Below, one piece after another: positions 1 through 13,236 of a stretch of 64,000 nt of DNA. The notes under the pieces were generated by a model. The model saw nothing but the letters and a program-made list of their open reading frames with translations. It searched no databases and was not told where the DNA came from. Source of the stretch: Basidiobolus meristosporus CBS 931.73 (taxonomy: Eukaryota; Fungi; Basidiobolomycota). Both the position numbers and the translations under genes were made by a program. Position 1 is the stretch's first letter; every line of letters starts with the position of its first letter. The stretch is taken from NCBI GenBank assembly GCA_002104905.1, contig MCFE01000472.1, forward strand, positions 5,357 to 69,356, given 5' to 3'.

Positions 1-2251
1 GGATCTTGAAAGAGCCAAGAGAGAACAAGCTATATGGCAAGCTAGCAGAGTGTGAGTTCTTCCAGGAGCGCATTGAATATCAGGGAGATGTGGTGACTTG
101 CATAGGAGTGACCTTGACCCCAAGAGAGTAAATATTATTAAGAATCCAAAATAACCCCATAGCATTTCAGAGCACATTTCATATCTTGGACTAGTTTCCT
201 ACTATAAAAGAGTTGTCAAGTCCTTTGCAAGTATTGGAGCCTTAATGACTAATATCCATAAGAAGGACAACATCTTGGAATAGGACATAGTCTGTGATAC
301 TGCCTCTCAGAAGCTCAGGAATGATCTTGCTAAGATGCTATGCTTAATACCTGACTTCTAAAATAGTTACTCTCTGCACAGAGGCTTCAGCTTATGCAAT
401 TGGTGCAGTATTCAGCCAAAAACATGAGGGAAGGGAATACCTGGTTGCTTTTGAATCTATAAAACAGAACTTTGCAGAACAAAGCAATCCAGTGCAAGAG
501 AGGAGATGCTTGCCATAATTCACTACTTAAAGACATGGAAATACTACATTTTAGGAGCCAAGTACACTATGAGGACTGATCATGCCTCACTCAAGGATAT
601 ATTTACTCAGAGTGTATTGTCTGGAAGAATGACTAGATGGAGTGAACACATTCAGCAACTGACTGGGATATTGTCTACTGCCCTGGGAAAATTAAATTGA
701 TTGCTGACACCTAACCAAGACTAGAACAAGATGCACAACTCAACCTGGTGCATCCATCAGACTGGCCCAGCCTGTTACTAAAGTACTGGGAGGATCAAGC
801 CATTCCTAGCAAGGTGGATGAAGATCTCAAGATTATCTGAGATGACACCAGCAAATCTGTAATACAGAATATGACACTATTCCATATTGCTGATGGAAGC
901 CTGTTACCTGTTGTGCCAATATTAATTGCTTGGATTTACTACACAAGCTGCAAAATGGATATGGGCATCTTTAAAATGAAGAAACCTATAGCCTTGTAAA
1001 ATTTGGAGCATAATGGCCTAGAATGAGAAATGTTTTTGAGGAGCCATTATAAGCACCCCTAAGTTGCTATATCTACCAAAATAGACCACAGAGAATTGCC
1101 AAACTCCTTCCCTTGGATCCTGTAAGACCATTTGCAAGATAAGTAATTGACTTCATTGGAAGACCGCCTACTACTAGGAAATGTTATTGGTGGATCCTAG
1201 TAGCAATTGACCATAACACCAAATGGCCAGTAGCTAGAACTGTACCAGTAGCTGGTAAACTGGTAGTTGCAGGATTCATCTACCATGAGATGCTGATGAG
1301 TCTGAGTGCCCTAATAAGCTCTTACCTGAGAGTGGAGCAAGCTTTTTGGAAAAAAAATTTGAACTCAACCTGTAAATGTAACAGATCTAACTGCTGAAAG
1401 CTCTGGCATACTATGCCAGTACTAATGGAGTCACTAAGCAGCTTGATGAATTATTTAGAATCAAGGATTCCAGGAAATTTCACACAGCCATAACTTCCTG
1501 AAAGCTTGAAGGATGAACTTGGTCAGCCTAGTAAGCACCAACAATTCAATCAAAAACATTAGGAGGCACAGGCCAAAATATCCAAAGTGCACAAAAGATG
1601 AAGCAGGGATTTGATAAGAGTATATTGCAGAGGCTTTGGCAGCTGGGAACTTTTCATTGCTACTAAAGAACACTCAGAAGTTTGAGCCACAATTGACAGG
1701 AGCATACAAGAACATGAAATAGTGTCCATTTGCAACTTAATAACTAGTAAACAAACAAGGAAATATCCAAGAAGACTTTGCTCATCAAGACAGACTTGAG
1801 ACTGCAAGACTTATTGACAATGCTATACCTCCAAGATATTAGTACCATAGGAAAAGAGATTCAGGAGCCCCCCCCCCTAGCTTAAGTAGGGCAGAATGTT
1901 ATAATCAGCTGTTTGAATTTTGAAGTTAGATCAGCTTCTAGTTAAATCTATTACTTTCATATTTAGCCTATCACTGTATCAGTATTATCTATCAAATCAG
2001 TAGTAGTAGTCAGGGGATGAATCAGCAAATCCTTTACATATATGAATAGAAATATCAAGCGTTATCTGATTAGCAAAGGTTGATATAAGTAAATGAGCCA
2101 TTAGCCACAACTTACATTAGGAAATACAAGTAGTCAGCAATTGATCTGACCAAGTTCTTTTAACAACTGCTGGAGCCTCAATAAAAATCAGTTCATGCTT
2201 CAGTGAACACAATAGTAGCTAAACTCTGTACTCCTCTACAACTGTGCTTCA
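1..2251 (+). mobile_element. Decayed Ty3/gypsy LTR retrotransposon (end of RT, RNase H, integrase, PPT, 3' LTR)
   Basis: RT end (KLYGKLAECEFFQERIEY, ~25-80); Ty3 RNase H ORF 506-700 (LAIIHYLKTWKYYILGAKYTMRTDHASLK); integrase remnant ~1130-1450 (IDFIGRPP..WILVAIDHNTKWPVA). Purine tract AAGTAGGGCAGAA precedes TGTTATA at 1897. Many stops and frameshifts. Confidence 0.85.
1897..2251 (+). repeat. Gypsy 3' LTR (~355 bp, TG...CA)
   Basis: Follows the PPT and contains AATAAA. Homologous over its whole length to the reverse complement of 8414-8770 (shared AGCCACAAC(T/C)TACATTAGGAAATACA and CCTCAATAA.AATCAGTTCA). Confidence 0.8.
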
Positions 2252-2590
2252 TGGCTAGTAAACTACAATGAAGCAAGTTATTGCAGTTACCTGCCAACAT
2301 GATGAATCCATTCAGATATCCAAACATATGCTCTATTCTCACTCTGAGATGATTAAATATCACTTTGTAGAGCTTTTACTTCTTGCAAAGTACATTGTAC
2401 TTTGATCTCCTTTAAGCTGTGATACATCTGAATTTCTGACAATCCTCTCCTTCATGAGTGAAATCTGCTATACATTATCCCTCTACCAAATTATCAATAT
2501 TTCTCTACCTAGTGAATCTTATCATACCTACTAAAGAAATGGTCCTCAAAACCAGATATTATTACCCTCAATGTCAGAAAGTGCTTGAAC

Positions 2591-2960
2591 CGTTAAAATA
2601 CTGAGCTATTGTGTATCATTCAGAAGCTAAAAATTTACTTGACAATTCTAAACTAGTCTTGGTCACTGTAGGACTAATATGCAGCCCCAACTCTGCCAGT
2701 CTTTTCAGATATATGATCCTAGGAGTATTCCACCATAGTCAACATCAAACTAATACTTTTCACCAAACTTTATGTACCAACCCTGAAAATGTTGCACAAT
2801 GCTCCTAAATGTTGAGAAACCCTCCTTACTTGGTGTTACAACTTTATTACTTCTATAAAGGTACAAATACTGGTTCTCTTTATGAACAAACATTAGTTCA
2901 GCTACTAATACTATTTCTTGATAAGTTCCTTATATATAAAGCACTTCTTAAATTGGAACT
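2591..2960 (+). repeat. Copia LTR copy 1 (~370 bp)
   Basis: Colinear with 4760-5128, including ACCAAACTTTATGTACCAACCCTGA. Roughly 75-80% identical by eye; termini decayed. Confidence 0.8.
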
Positions 2961-4759
2961 CAGATCAGAAAGCCACTGAAATCATTAGCCTGCTGCCTGA
3001 TGATGCATTCAACACTTATGAGGATGATACTTACCTAATTTAGCCAGATACAGAAGATAACTCTACCAGTTCCGGATCAGAGCAGATTATCCCCGTTAGG
3101 AGATCTATCAGAATAAGGAATACCCCTGGATCCTGGTGGCAGACTTCCAATGATCATGAAGAAGCTTATCTTGCCTTATGTGCAATACCTCAGAATCTGG
3201 GACAGGCAATGCAAAGTCCAGATGCTACTTTATGGCAACAAGCTATGCAGGAGGAGTACTAGTCATCAATCAAGGCAAAAACATGGGAACTGGTAGATTT
3301 ACTGAATGGGAGATAGCCAATAGGATGTAGTTGGGTCTACAAGATTAAGATGACCTTAGATGGCATTGTTGATAAGTACATGGCTAGATTGGTGGCTCAA
3401 GGCTATTCCCAGATCCAAGGAATAGACTTTATGGAAACATTTGTTCCATTTGCAAAGTTTAACTCCTTTAGGACAGCTCTAGCCCTGGCAGCTGAACACA
3501 GTCTAGATCTACATCAAATAGACATCAAGACACCCTTTCTAAATGAGGATTTGCTAGAAATTCTATATATGGAGCAGCCAGAAGGTTCTATTGATCCAAA
3601 AGACCTCCAGAAGGTGTGCAGACTCAGGAATTTATTGTAGGGGCTTAAGCAGGCACCTAGAGCATGTATAACAAGAATGACACACATCTTGAGGAGATGA
3701 GGTCCATTTATAGCACTGCAGATCACAGTATATATGTGAAACAGCTCAAAAAGAGTGTGATCATCCTAGTCCTGTATGTGGATGACCTAATAATAGCTAC
3801 AAGTAACCAGGAGGCACTTAAACAGACAATATCAGATCTCTTCATCAAGCTTTAGATGAAAGATCATGGAGAATTGAGCTATTTTCCTGGAATTGAAGTG
3901 AAATTTGCCAAACCTACACAGAAAATTGTGCTGAGTCAGTCTTAGTACTTCAGGGACATTCTTAGATGCTTCAAAGTGGAAAATTGCAAACCTGCAGCTA
4001 CCCCTATGAACAATAATCTAAAATTGAGCAAATTCCAGCCAGTTTTTGGTGAAGATGGCTCAAATATGGACCAAGCTTTCCCTATCAGTCAATGGTTGGT
4101 AGCCTGATGTACTTGACGGTGTATACATGTCCAGATATTGCAGTGGTAGTTGGAATAATCAGTCAATTCATACAGAATTATGGTTCAGATCAATTCACAG
4201 CAGTTAAGTGAATTTTTGGATATCTACAAGGTACCAAAACTATAGTACTGGAGTACTCTGGAGCAGCTAATTGGCAATTATTTGATGGTTATACTGATTC
4301 AGATTGGGGTAGGGATCTGATTGACAGACACTCTACCACTGGGTATGTATTTCTTTATGCTGGTGCAGCTATTAATTGGAATTGCAAGAAACAACCAACT
4401 GTGGCCCTATCAACAGCTGGAGCTGAATGTATGGCAGCCTGCCAAGCAACTAAGGAGGCTATATGGCTACAGAAATTTCTCAAAGACTTAAGGTTTAATT
4501 CAGATGAACCAATATGTATTTACAAAGATAATCAAAGTTGTATTTCATTAGCTACAAATCATGCTTATCATGCCAGAACTAAGCACATAGATTTACAACA
4601 CAACTTTGTGAGGGAAGCTGTAGACAATAACTATATAGAGCTAGTTTACTGTTCAACTGACAAAATGGTAGCAGATATATTGACAAAACCAATAGCTAGA
4701 CCACAATTGAAGAATCTCAGAGAGGAATTAGGATTAAGAAATTATTTAGTTGGGGGGAG

Positions 4760-5128
4760 TGTTGAAATATTGGACTGTTTCATATCATTCAGCAGCTGGA
4801 AATTTACTCTACAATTCTAGACTAGTCTTGGTTACTGTCAGACTAATATGCAGCGTCAACTTTGCCAGTTTCTTCAGATCTATGAGCCTATGATTATTCC
4901 CCATAGTCAAGACCAAATTAGCACTTTTTACCAAACTTTATGTACCAACCCTGACACTGTCACAGAATGCTCCTGATTGTTAAGAAAACCTCCTTACTTA
5001 GTGTTACAGCTGTATTGCTTCTACAAAGGTGTCAATACTCTTCCTCTCTATGAATAAACAACAGTTTAGCTATTATCACTATTTCTTGATTAGCTCCTTG
5101 TATTCAAATCACTTCTTAGATTGCAACA
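4760..5128 (+). repeat. Copia 3' LTR copy 2 (TGTTG...CAACA)
   Basis: Begins immediately after the PPT and has inverted TGTTG/CAACA termini. Confidence 0.85.
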
Positions 5129-5929
5129 CAAGCTTAATACACGGTGCCTTGTGCTTGGCAGAGTTAAATTCCTCTGCCCTTTGGCAGGTCTGTGAGTCCC
5201 CACTAGTAAGATATCCACATACACCTGATTTGGAACCTGCTACTGAGTGCTTTTATGTACAGAGCTCTATTGGAACTACTGAAATTAGTATTCCAAGCAT
5301 GCTTGGCATTATTCATACCCTGTTCAAGGTGGTTTTCCTTTCCACTCAGCTAGGAATGAAAGCATCAAGGATGTTAGATGCAAATGATGGTGAGATGGAA
5401 CGTTTTAGGCCAATAGTACATGTAATAGCAAAGAAGTATAATAAGGGGTCTCCTTGAGTGGATTGGGGTAGATAGTCTTCAGTTTTGGTGCAGATTTCTT
5501 GCAAAGTATCAACATATTTTGCAGTATTGGTAATTGTATTAACAATTAAAGGCTATTCAGATGAGTAAGTCATTTTCAACAGTAGTATGTGAGTGGAAGG
5601 GGTAAGTTTCATCAATTTGGCACTCTCAGGCTGGATGATCTGATTTTACATGTATTGTATTTAGATTTCCAACAATTATAATGCATTCCATCTCTTTGTC
5701 ACAAAATCATCCTCAAACAACAACTTGGTGTATTTGATAATAAATTACTCACTGGTCTTTGATTAAACAAAATATCTGCAACTGATATGATCTGATCCAT
5801 GTAAAAGCAATCCATAATGCATCAGGCATGATAAATGGAGATTTCAATTACCAAATAAGTTTGGATCTATTTCACAAATCGCTAGGTTGATGCTGATACA
5901 CTACTGCATAAGTACTCATATACATTACC

Positions 5930-8413
5930 AGTATCAGTTCAAGAAGTGTTAAGATATATGGGACCTACCCAGATATGGTGATAATATTTGAGCTATTCCT
6001 TATTGGTTGGAATGTTAAGTAAATACACATTTATGGAAGTAATGCAATGGTAACTCCAAGTTAGGAGGGTTTCTCAATACACAGGAGCATTCAGTAGCAG
6101 TGCAAGGGCTAATACTTAATGTTTGGTAAAGGTGCTAATTAGTTCTAGACTATATAAGGATCACCATGGGATCATAAATCTTGAAGGCAGTGGCAAAGTT
6201 AGGGCTGTAATTGGCCATAGGGTACCTAAAACTAGTCCAGGGTTGTTAAGTAAATTTCTAGTTGCAGAATGATATCAGATGGTCCAGTGTAGTTTCAGCT
6301 CCAGAATGATGCCAGATAATCATATATTTCAACACTCACCTCAACCAAATGAATTCTTGGCCTCAATCTCTCTTTGAGCTCCTCAAGCTATGGCCTAGTA
6401 AATGCTTTTGTCTATATATCTGCAACCTGAGCAGCAGACTATGCTGACTAAGTACTTTTCTTAAATTTCCCTCCTGTGGTGATGTTGTAAATATGTGTGC
6501 TTAGCTTTGGCATCATCAGTAGGGCTCTAGGCTATAAAATGCAATGTAGAATAACAAGGTAAACACAAGTTGGTTAATCTAAATGAATACCTTAGACTCT
6601 GAGTAAATTTTGTAACTTTATAGCCCCCTTAGTTACTTGACAAGCAGCAACACACTCTCCCTTAGTTATAGAGAGTGTCACAGTTTTTATTTTTTGCAAT
6701 TCCAAGTGATAGCTGCACCAGTATGTAGGGATTCATACCCACTAGTGGAGTATAGGTCAAACAAAATCCTACCTTAACTTTAGTTGCTTTAACCATTAAA
6801 TTTCTATTTACTAGTTGCACCAGTGTATCCCAATACCATATTTATGCTATACTGTAAATATTTGACTTGTACTTGGACTGACTCTGTGCAATTACTACAT
6901 AAAAATTTCAAATTAGACCTCAATCTGAAAAATAAAGCTCAATTTTCCATGATATAGCATCTAAACCTGCTGAAAAGGGCTAAATTTACCTGATCAAAGG
7001 TCTCCTAGTCCCTTATAGCCACTATTAAGTTGCTCATACAAAGAACCAGTATATTCACTTCTCCCTTAAGCTATTTCACATATATATTGTGAACTGCAGA
7101 GCTTCATATCAACCCATTTTCATCCTGATGTGAGTCAATCTATATATACCATGCTTTAGGTGCCTGCTTTGGCCAATATAACAATCTCCTGAGTCTGGAC
7201 ACCTTTTGTATCACTTCCACCTTGTAGAGCTCCATTTACTTAGTTTCCTTCAAATCCTTGCTTGAAAGGCCATTCTGATGTTCATTTTGGGTAGATTTTG
7301 ACTCTGTACAGCTGCCAGGGCTGGAGCTGTCCCACTGGCACTAATGTTGGCTACTGAGGCAATTATTTCTTCAAGATCTAGTCCCTATTCTGGGAATTAC
7401 CTTTAGCCACCAATCCTGCCTTGTACTTATGAATGTGACCATTTGGGATTATCTTGTTTATGTAAGCCATCTTCATCATATTGACTTCCTCACACTTGTT
7501 GTATCTTACAGCTCCCACATTTTTGCCTTTATCAGTGATTGGTAATGCTCCTGCATAGCTGGTTGCAACATAATAGCATCTGGACTTTGCATGCCTGTTA
7601 CAGATTTTGAGGTTTAGCACATAAGAAAATATAAGCTTCTTCATGCTCATTGGAAGTCAGCCATAAGGATCTAGGGGTTTTTTTTATCCTGGCAGATCTC
7701 CTGACTGGGTTAATCTACTCTGCTCTGGATTTGGGGGAATCTTCTCTGATAGCTGGCTGTACTGGGTACATGTCTTCTTCATTAGTGGTGATTGCATTGT
7801 CAAGTAGCTGGCCAGTATACTCAATGGCTTTCTAATTGGAATTCTTGTCAAATACAGGGTCTGTGTTCTTGATCAGAGTCTGGGTATTGCCACTATACAT
7901 TAGACTTGTTCCATTGCATAGTGGCACATTGAGCCATGAATACCTAATAAGGACATTGTGTGCCAGAGAGGCAAAGTTACCTATACAGATTATGAAAAAT
8001 AATGCTACATGTTTGTGCAAATGCAGCCCTTATGTCTGACTGACTGCCCTGGAGATAACTGATTTTTTAACCTTTTGAGTGGGATCAGTATTGTGCATGG
8101 TGTCTACAAGTACAGAAGGGCTGAAGACATGCATTTGGTGCTCAAAACCAGTAGCATTCTGATTTTAGCTGCCCAAGTTTCTAAAATATCACAAAATGCA
8201 TGATACTATCTAGCTCATTGGTACAATCTAGCTCCAAAATGCCTTCAGTTCACACTTGGTTTGTGCAACTGCCATGTTCTTGAAGTGCCTGAATGTCTGT
8301 AGAGCCTTACCTTTGGTCTTCAGAATTTACACCAATATATAGCTTGTATTGTCATCAGTAATTATCATGAATTATCTCTATGCTCTGAAGGACAATGCAC
8401 TTGCTACAAGTCT
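5930..8413 (-). mobile_element. Decayed Ty1/copia element B (integrase, RT, RNase H, 3' LTR), related to element A
   Basis: Minus-strand remnants: integrase (IITDDNTSY, LIKNTDPVFDKN), RT (HKYKAGLVAKGNSQ) and RNase H (TVTLSITKGECVAACQVTK). PPT then TGTTGAAATAT at 6334 starts an LTR (~5930-6334) homologous to the element A LTRs. Confidence 0.85.
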
Positions 8414-8770
8414 TGATATAAGAGTTGTAGAGGAATAGGGGGTTTAGCTAGTCTTGTATTCACCAAAGCTTGAACTGATTATTATTGAGGTTCCAGCATC
8501 TTCTTATATACATCTTGCCAGATCAATTACTGACTAACTGTATTTCCTAATGTAGGTTGTGGCTGATGACTTACTTGATTGCGTTGTCATCACCCAATTA
8601 GACCCTACTTAATATATCTTTATCTGTATGATAAGGATCTGCTGATTTATGTGCTGATTAATACTACTAATTTGATAGATAACACTTACATATTGATAGA
8701 ACAAGCATAACACCAATTGATTTGACTAAACACTCAACTAACTTAAACATTTGGGCAGTAGATTATAACA
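8414..8770 (-). repeat. Solo gypsy LTR of the same family as 1897-2251
   Basis: Reverse complement starts TGTTATAATC, ends TATATCA and aligns with 1897-2251. It abuts the truncated integrase of copia B. No clean TSD seen. Confidence 0.75.
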
Positions 8771-8869
8771 TCTCACAGGCTCACATATGTCCAAGTTCCT
8801 ATGGGCCAGCTTAATCATGGGCTTAATGCCTCATGGGCTTCTGAAATGCACATCAACTCATCAACACCC

Positions 8870-9200
8870 CTCAAAGTCAGATGGCTTTGCTGGAACTGGG
8901 ATGATTTGGGCCAAAAACAAGTTGATTTTTCACTAATTGGCTGATTTTCTGTTCATCAATTTGTGCTGACCCCCTTTGCCATATCTGGTAAATGAGCTAA
9001 TTTGATCTTGACTATATGGGAATAGTCACAGGATCATATATCTGAAATTAAGTGGAATTGTTAGGGATGTAGTATAGGTGTGCAAAGTGAATCACAACCA
9101 AATGCTTCAGTAGCAATCCCTGTGCAAAAAAACCTAGGAGAAGATGATGCAGTTGCATTGAATTGCTATTATTTGTCATGATCCAATCAACGCATTTTTT
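8870..9200 (-). repeat. Diverged fragment of the copia LTR family
   Basis: Reverse complement contains TTCAGATATATGATCC...CATATAGTCAAGATCAAATTAGC, matching the LTRs at 2704-2767 and 4872-4935. Confidence 0.5.
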
Positions 9201-10311
9201 TTTCAATCCTAATCAAGCCATCACAAATCAGTGATCACTAAGTTTTTGATATAAGTAATACCAAGGTTGTCTCACATTTGAGACAGAACTCCTATAAATA
9301 AGCACCCTGCATATATATACATCATCTGTAGCACCAGTACAATCATTTGATCTGTTTTGCACCTATCCAATTGGTTGAGTGCTAACTATGACACCTTGTC
9401 CAATCACTAGGATCAAGAATCTACTTGCTCAATGGGCAAAATGGGACATTTGATGGCAAATCTGGTAGCTTGTGTATTGGTCAAAGAGCCAATTGGGGGC
9501 TGACAGCAGCAGGATACTTTTGGACCAATTAACCACTGAGATACCATCCAATTGGAGTGATGGTAACCAAAATGGTAAGTATCAGTTTAGTTTATAGAGT
9601 GATTTGCATTTATCACCATTTATATTAAAGAAACATAGCCAAATACTGGATTTTACCATTTATCTGTGCCAAACTCATTGTGTCAGATTGTGCCATAGTG
9701 TGCAAGATTGTCCCACATGGTGCAAAATTGTTGAAGAGCAATCCTGCCTACTGGTAGCTGACAACATGCTTGCTAACTCAGGTAATGGTGATACATGATG
9801 GCCACTTGCTGGTCTTTAACTGAAAGTACTGCTTTTGCTACACTCTCATCTGCCTCAGCATTATAGTCAGCTTGCAGCTCCACAGAGAATCCCAACTGCC
9901 TACTTGACTGAGTGCCTGAGGAGTCTGCATTATTGCCTTCAGTGGGCACACTGTCCACAGGGCCTTTTTTGGTTGTAGCCCCACCTGTTGCACTGAATGT
10001 CAAAGCAAGCTGTTGTCCAGCCATTCTTCTGCTGCTGTCAGCTGTAGGGCTTTGTTGGAAACCAGACAACTTTGCTTTTTTGGCGGCATATATATGGAAA
10101 TGAGTCAAAGCAAAGGGTAAATGGTGTTACATATATGTGTGTATGTGGTGCCACAACTTTATTGATAATGCTTACTATGGTGGGTCATCATTGAACCTTA
10201 CATTCATGTAGGCGTAATATCTCAGATACAAGACTGTCTTAAATTTACATGAGTATTGACAAAAAAATGATATAATAGTGTTGTATTGTTGAGTGTCAAG
10301 ATATTTGCCCC

Positions 10312-11410
10312 ATGGACAAGACTACTTTGATTCTACACCATAAGAGAAGAGAAAAAAGATCATGTGGCTATTGTAGCAAGCCTCTCAGCCATGAAGCACG
10401 CAGACAGCATAGGAAGTATCACAAGGATCACAGCTACTGTTTTGCCACACAAGTCATATTTCACCATTCACCAGTCACTACTGTACCCACAATATCTTGC
10501 CAGCCACTTGATACTTCTATAACAGCACCTGGCTGTACTTGTCACCTTGCACAAACTGAGGCAGGTGAGTTTGTGATGCCTTTAGGCCCACCCCAGTCTT
10601 CTGAATATGGCATGCAGTGTGATAGCTCTGAAGAGGCAGGCTCACTGATGAGTTGTGAGCATATCTACCCTAACAACAGAACCCTGCATGAGCCTAGCAA
10701 AATCCCATTATGCAATGAGACAACACCCATGGAAAAAATGCCAAGGGTACTCTATGAAGTCAAGTGAGTCCAGTAATTCATCTACTGGTGAATAATGTGA
10801 TGTTGTTACTAGAGAAGTGGCACATTTCCACCAATATCAGTAATGGGGGGTTTGAGGATATATTACTGCTTCTTGTGTTAACAGTTACATAGCATTCACA
10901 TCAGAAAATGCCACCATTGCAAGGTGCAGAACTTGTCAGGAATCCACCACCATTGGGGGTAAACATTGCCCACACTCTCAATGTATTCTGGTAATACCTT
11001 ATCTAAAGAAGCTCATGCAGTCCAACAAATGTTGTGAAGCTATAAAGTACCACACTCAGCTTCAATCATGTGCATACATATCTAATATATTTGATGGCAA
11101 ACATTACAAACAGCTAAGAAGCAAGGGCTACTTTGAAGGTATATATGACCATGCCTTTGCCTTAATACCTGATAGATTCTCATTAAACAAGTACACTACC
11201 AGCAGATCCTGCTGGCCACTGATTGTCATCAACCTGAATCTGCCACCTATTTTAGAGTATCAGAGCAGAAATCTGATGGTAGTCGCACTGGTATATAGGC
11301 CTAAATCACCATTCAACCCTGATAGCTACCTGTATCCATTGCTGGATAAATTTTGTATGCTTTCCAGCAGGATAACAGTATATGGCCATCATGTCAAAGT
11401 GCTGTATGTG
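10312..11410 (+). mobile_element. Decayed CACTA/En-Spm-like (tnp2-type) transposase
   Basis: ORF 11015-11491 has IFDGKHY...SCWPLIVINLNLPP...RPKSPFNPDSYLYPLLDK, the En-Spm DG...WP...NLPP...GPK.P...DS.L.PL pattern. Upstream Cys/His-rich fragments at 10312-11010. Confidence 0.75.
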
Positions 11411-11611
11411 AGTACTAAATGTAGTACCCACTCTTTACCCAAGAGTTCTCCCCAGTGTCCTACCCAAAGTCCCCCAGTATCCTCCCTATGATTCCCCCAC
11501 ATGTCCTCCCTCCTATCCCTGCCCTTATCTAGTTAGAACACTTACCATAACAGGAAGGTGCTCACACCCCTATTTTATAACACATTGTCTATTATCTAAG
11601 CCCCCCCCAAG

Positions 11612-12400
11612 TGTTATATATATATCTATCCAATTGAACCAAGTGAGAGGACAGGAAGATTTGGACAGAATAAACACAAGTCTTTATTACCTTGCTACCT
11701 TCTATTGGAAGCTATTCTGAATCAAGTGGTACTGACTTGACCTACAAGCTCTCCCACTCACCAATTACAGTCAGTAATAACCCACACTGTAGTGGTGTAT
11801 AAGTCCAAGGGAGAGATACATCTAGTACTTCTCAAGCGTTTTGAGTGTGGAGTGTTCACTAGGTGCAATAACCTCTGTCAAAAGCTTGCTAGGAGTACTT
11901 GGGCTCTGTCTCCACTCTAATGTCAAGGGGAATAAAGCCACAAGCTTGTCAATGGAAAACTATTGAGCTATAATCCCCAACTTAGTTGACATCTTAACAA
12001 AAGTATGTGCTGGGTTCATCATCCTTTGAGATGGCTATGTACTAAAGCTTCCAATGTCAAAACAACTGTAAACTCCACCAGCAGGGACTTGATATGAGTG
12101 CAGCAGTGGTCAATAGTTACAAAGACAGAAAAGTATCTTTGCCTGTATAAGAACAAGTTTGGGAAAGAATAAAATATAGTAAAAGAAACCTATTCTGAGT
12201 ATTCCTCACAAGTAATGCCTCCAAGGTCAGTTAGCTGTCAGCACAGTTTCCTGGGAGTGGCCTGTGGTCTGGGATTGGAATTCAGGTAGCAGCAGGTAGC
12301 AGTAATCACACTAATCAACAAGTTGGTATATTCATAAAAGGGATGATGATTTACTGTTGAGGGATTGCCTCCCTTATATACTTTTCTCACTGGCTAAGTG
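11612..12400 (-). repeat. Possible LTR on the minus strand
   Basis: Minus strand has TATATAAGGGAGG near 12380 and ends ...TAACA at 11612, followed by TTGGGGGGGCT (degenerate tRNA-Pro-like PBS). CpG-free. No second copy in the window. Confidence 0.3.
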
Positions 12401-12443
12401 ATTACTAATCATGATGTTCTAGAAGGTCCTGGAGATCAATAGA

Positions 12444-13236
12444 AAAGTGAAAATCACATAATCTACTTGTTCCCCCAATCACTTCCAACATCTCCAAGAC
12501 TCTGTCAACAAAAATATGATGGTATTCTGCTGGCCTTTTGTTAATTTTCTTAGCAAGAGTGCTCTGCCCAGATTGCTGATCAATATCTACTTCAATTATT
12601 TCACCAAGATATTAGGTATCCATGACCTAAATGAACTCCAAGCTCTACACATATACTCTTTAAATTGTGATAAATATATTGTATAAGTTTGCTCTTTCCA
12701 GTCTATGCAAAAGTGTAAATACTGCTATGACATTCAACATCTCATTATGTAAAAGCCACAAATTCTTGTTGTCTTCCTGACCATGCCCAATATCTCCAAA
12801 ACACTTACAACCCATTTTACACACCATTGCATGGTCCAATGGAGCAAGTGACTGTGAAGCTCTAGATAATAGCCAAGTTGCTTTAGGCACAACCCTACTG
12901 ATGCTATACTAAGAGGCTCTCTTGTCAACCATTAGCTGGATGCAGACATGATTGCTTGTATAGCAACTAGGCTTAATTAATATCAATATTTAGGTGAGGA
13001 AAAAGTGTTGTGAGCATACATATTCACCAAAATTCCTAAATACACTGAAACAATCAGCCCCTAAATATCACTGTGAAATTGTAAATTTTGAATTTACACT
13101 TGATTACTCCATTTATTTGGCCATGTAGATTGTAGCATACAAATCTCAGAGTACTGACCAAAATATCAGGTACCCATGACACAAACAATATCAAAGTTTT
13201 CCAAAGACCCCCTGACTTTGCACACTTGTTCTTGGG
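12444..13236. repeat. Fragments of the foldback/MITE family also found at 60520-61043
   Basis: 12444-12506 matches the reverse complement of 60717-60778 (AAGTGAAAA.CACATAATCTACTTGT...CTCCAAGACTCT). 13155-13236 matches the TIR (CAAAGTTTTCC...ACTTTGCACAC.TGTTCTTGGGA). Confidence 0.7.

Larger units (their letters stand above)
2591..5128 (+). mobile_element. Decayed Ty1/copia element A (LTR, RT, RNase H, LTR; gag-protease-integrase absent)
   Basis: Copia RT (KYMARLVAQGYSQIQGIDFMETF, LYVDDLII) and RNase H (ALSTAGAEC, DNQSCI, RTKHIDLQHNFVRE, ADILTKP). PPT GGGGGGAG precedes TGTTGA at 4760. Direct repeats at 2591-2960 and 4760-5128. Confidence 0.9.
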
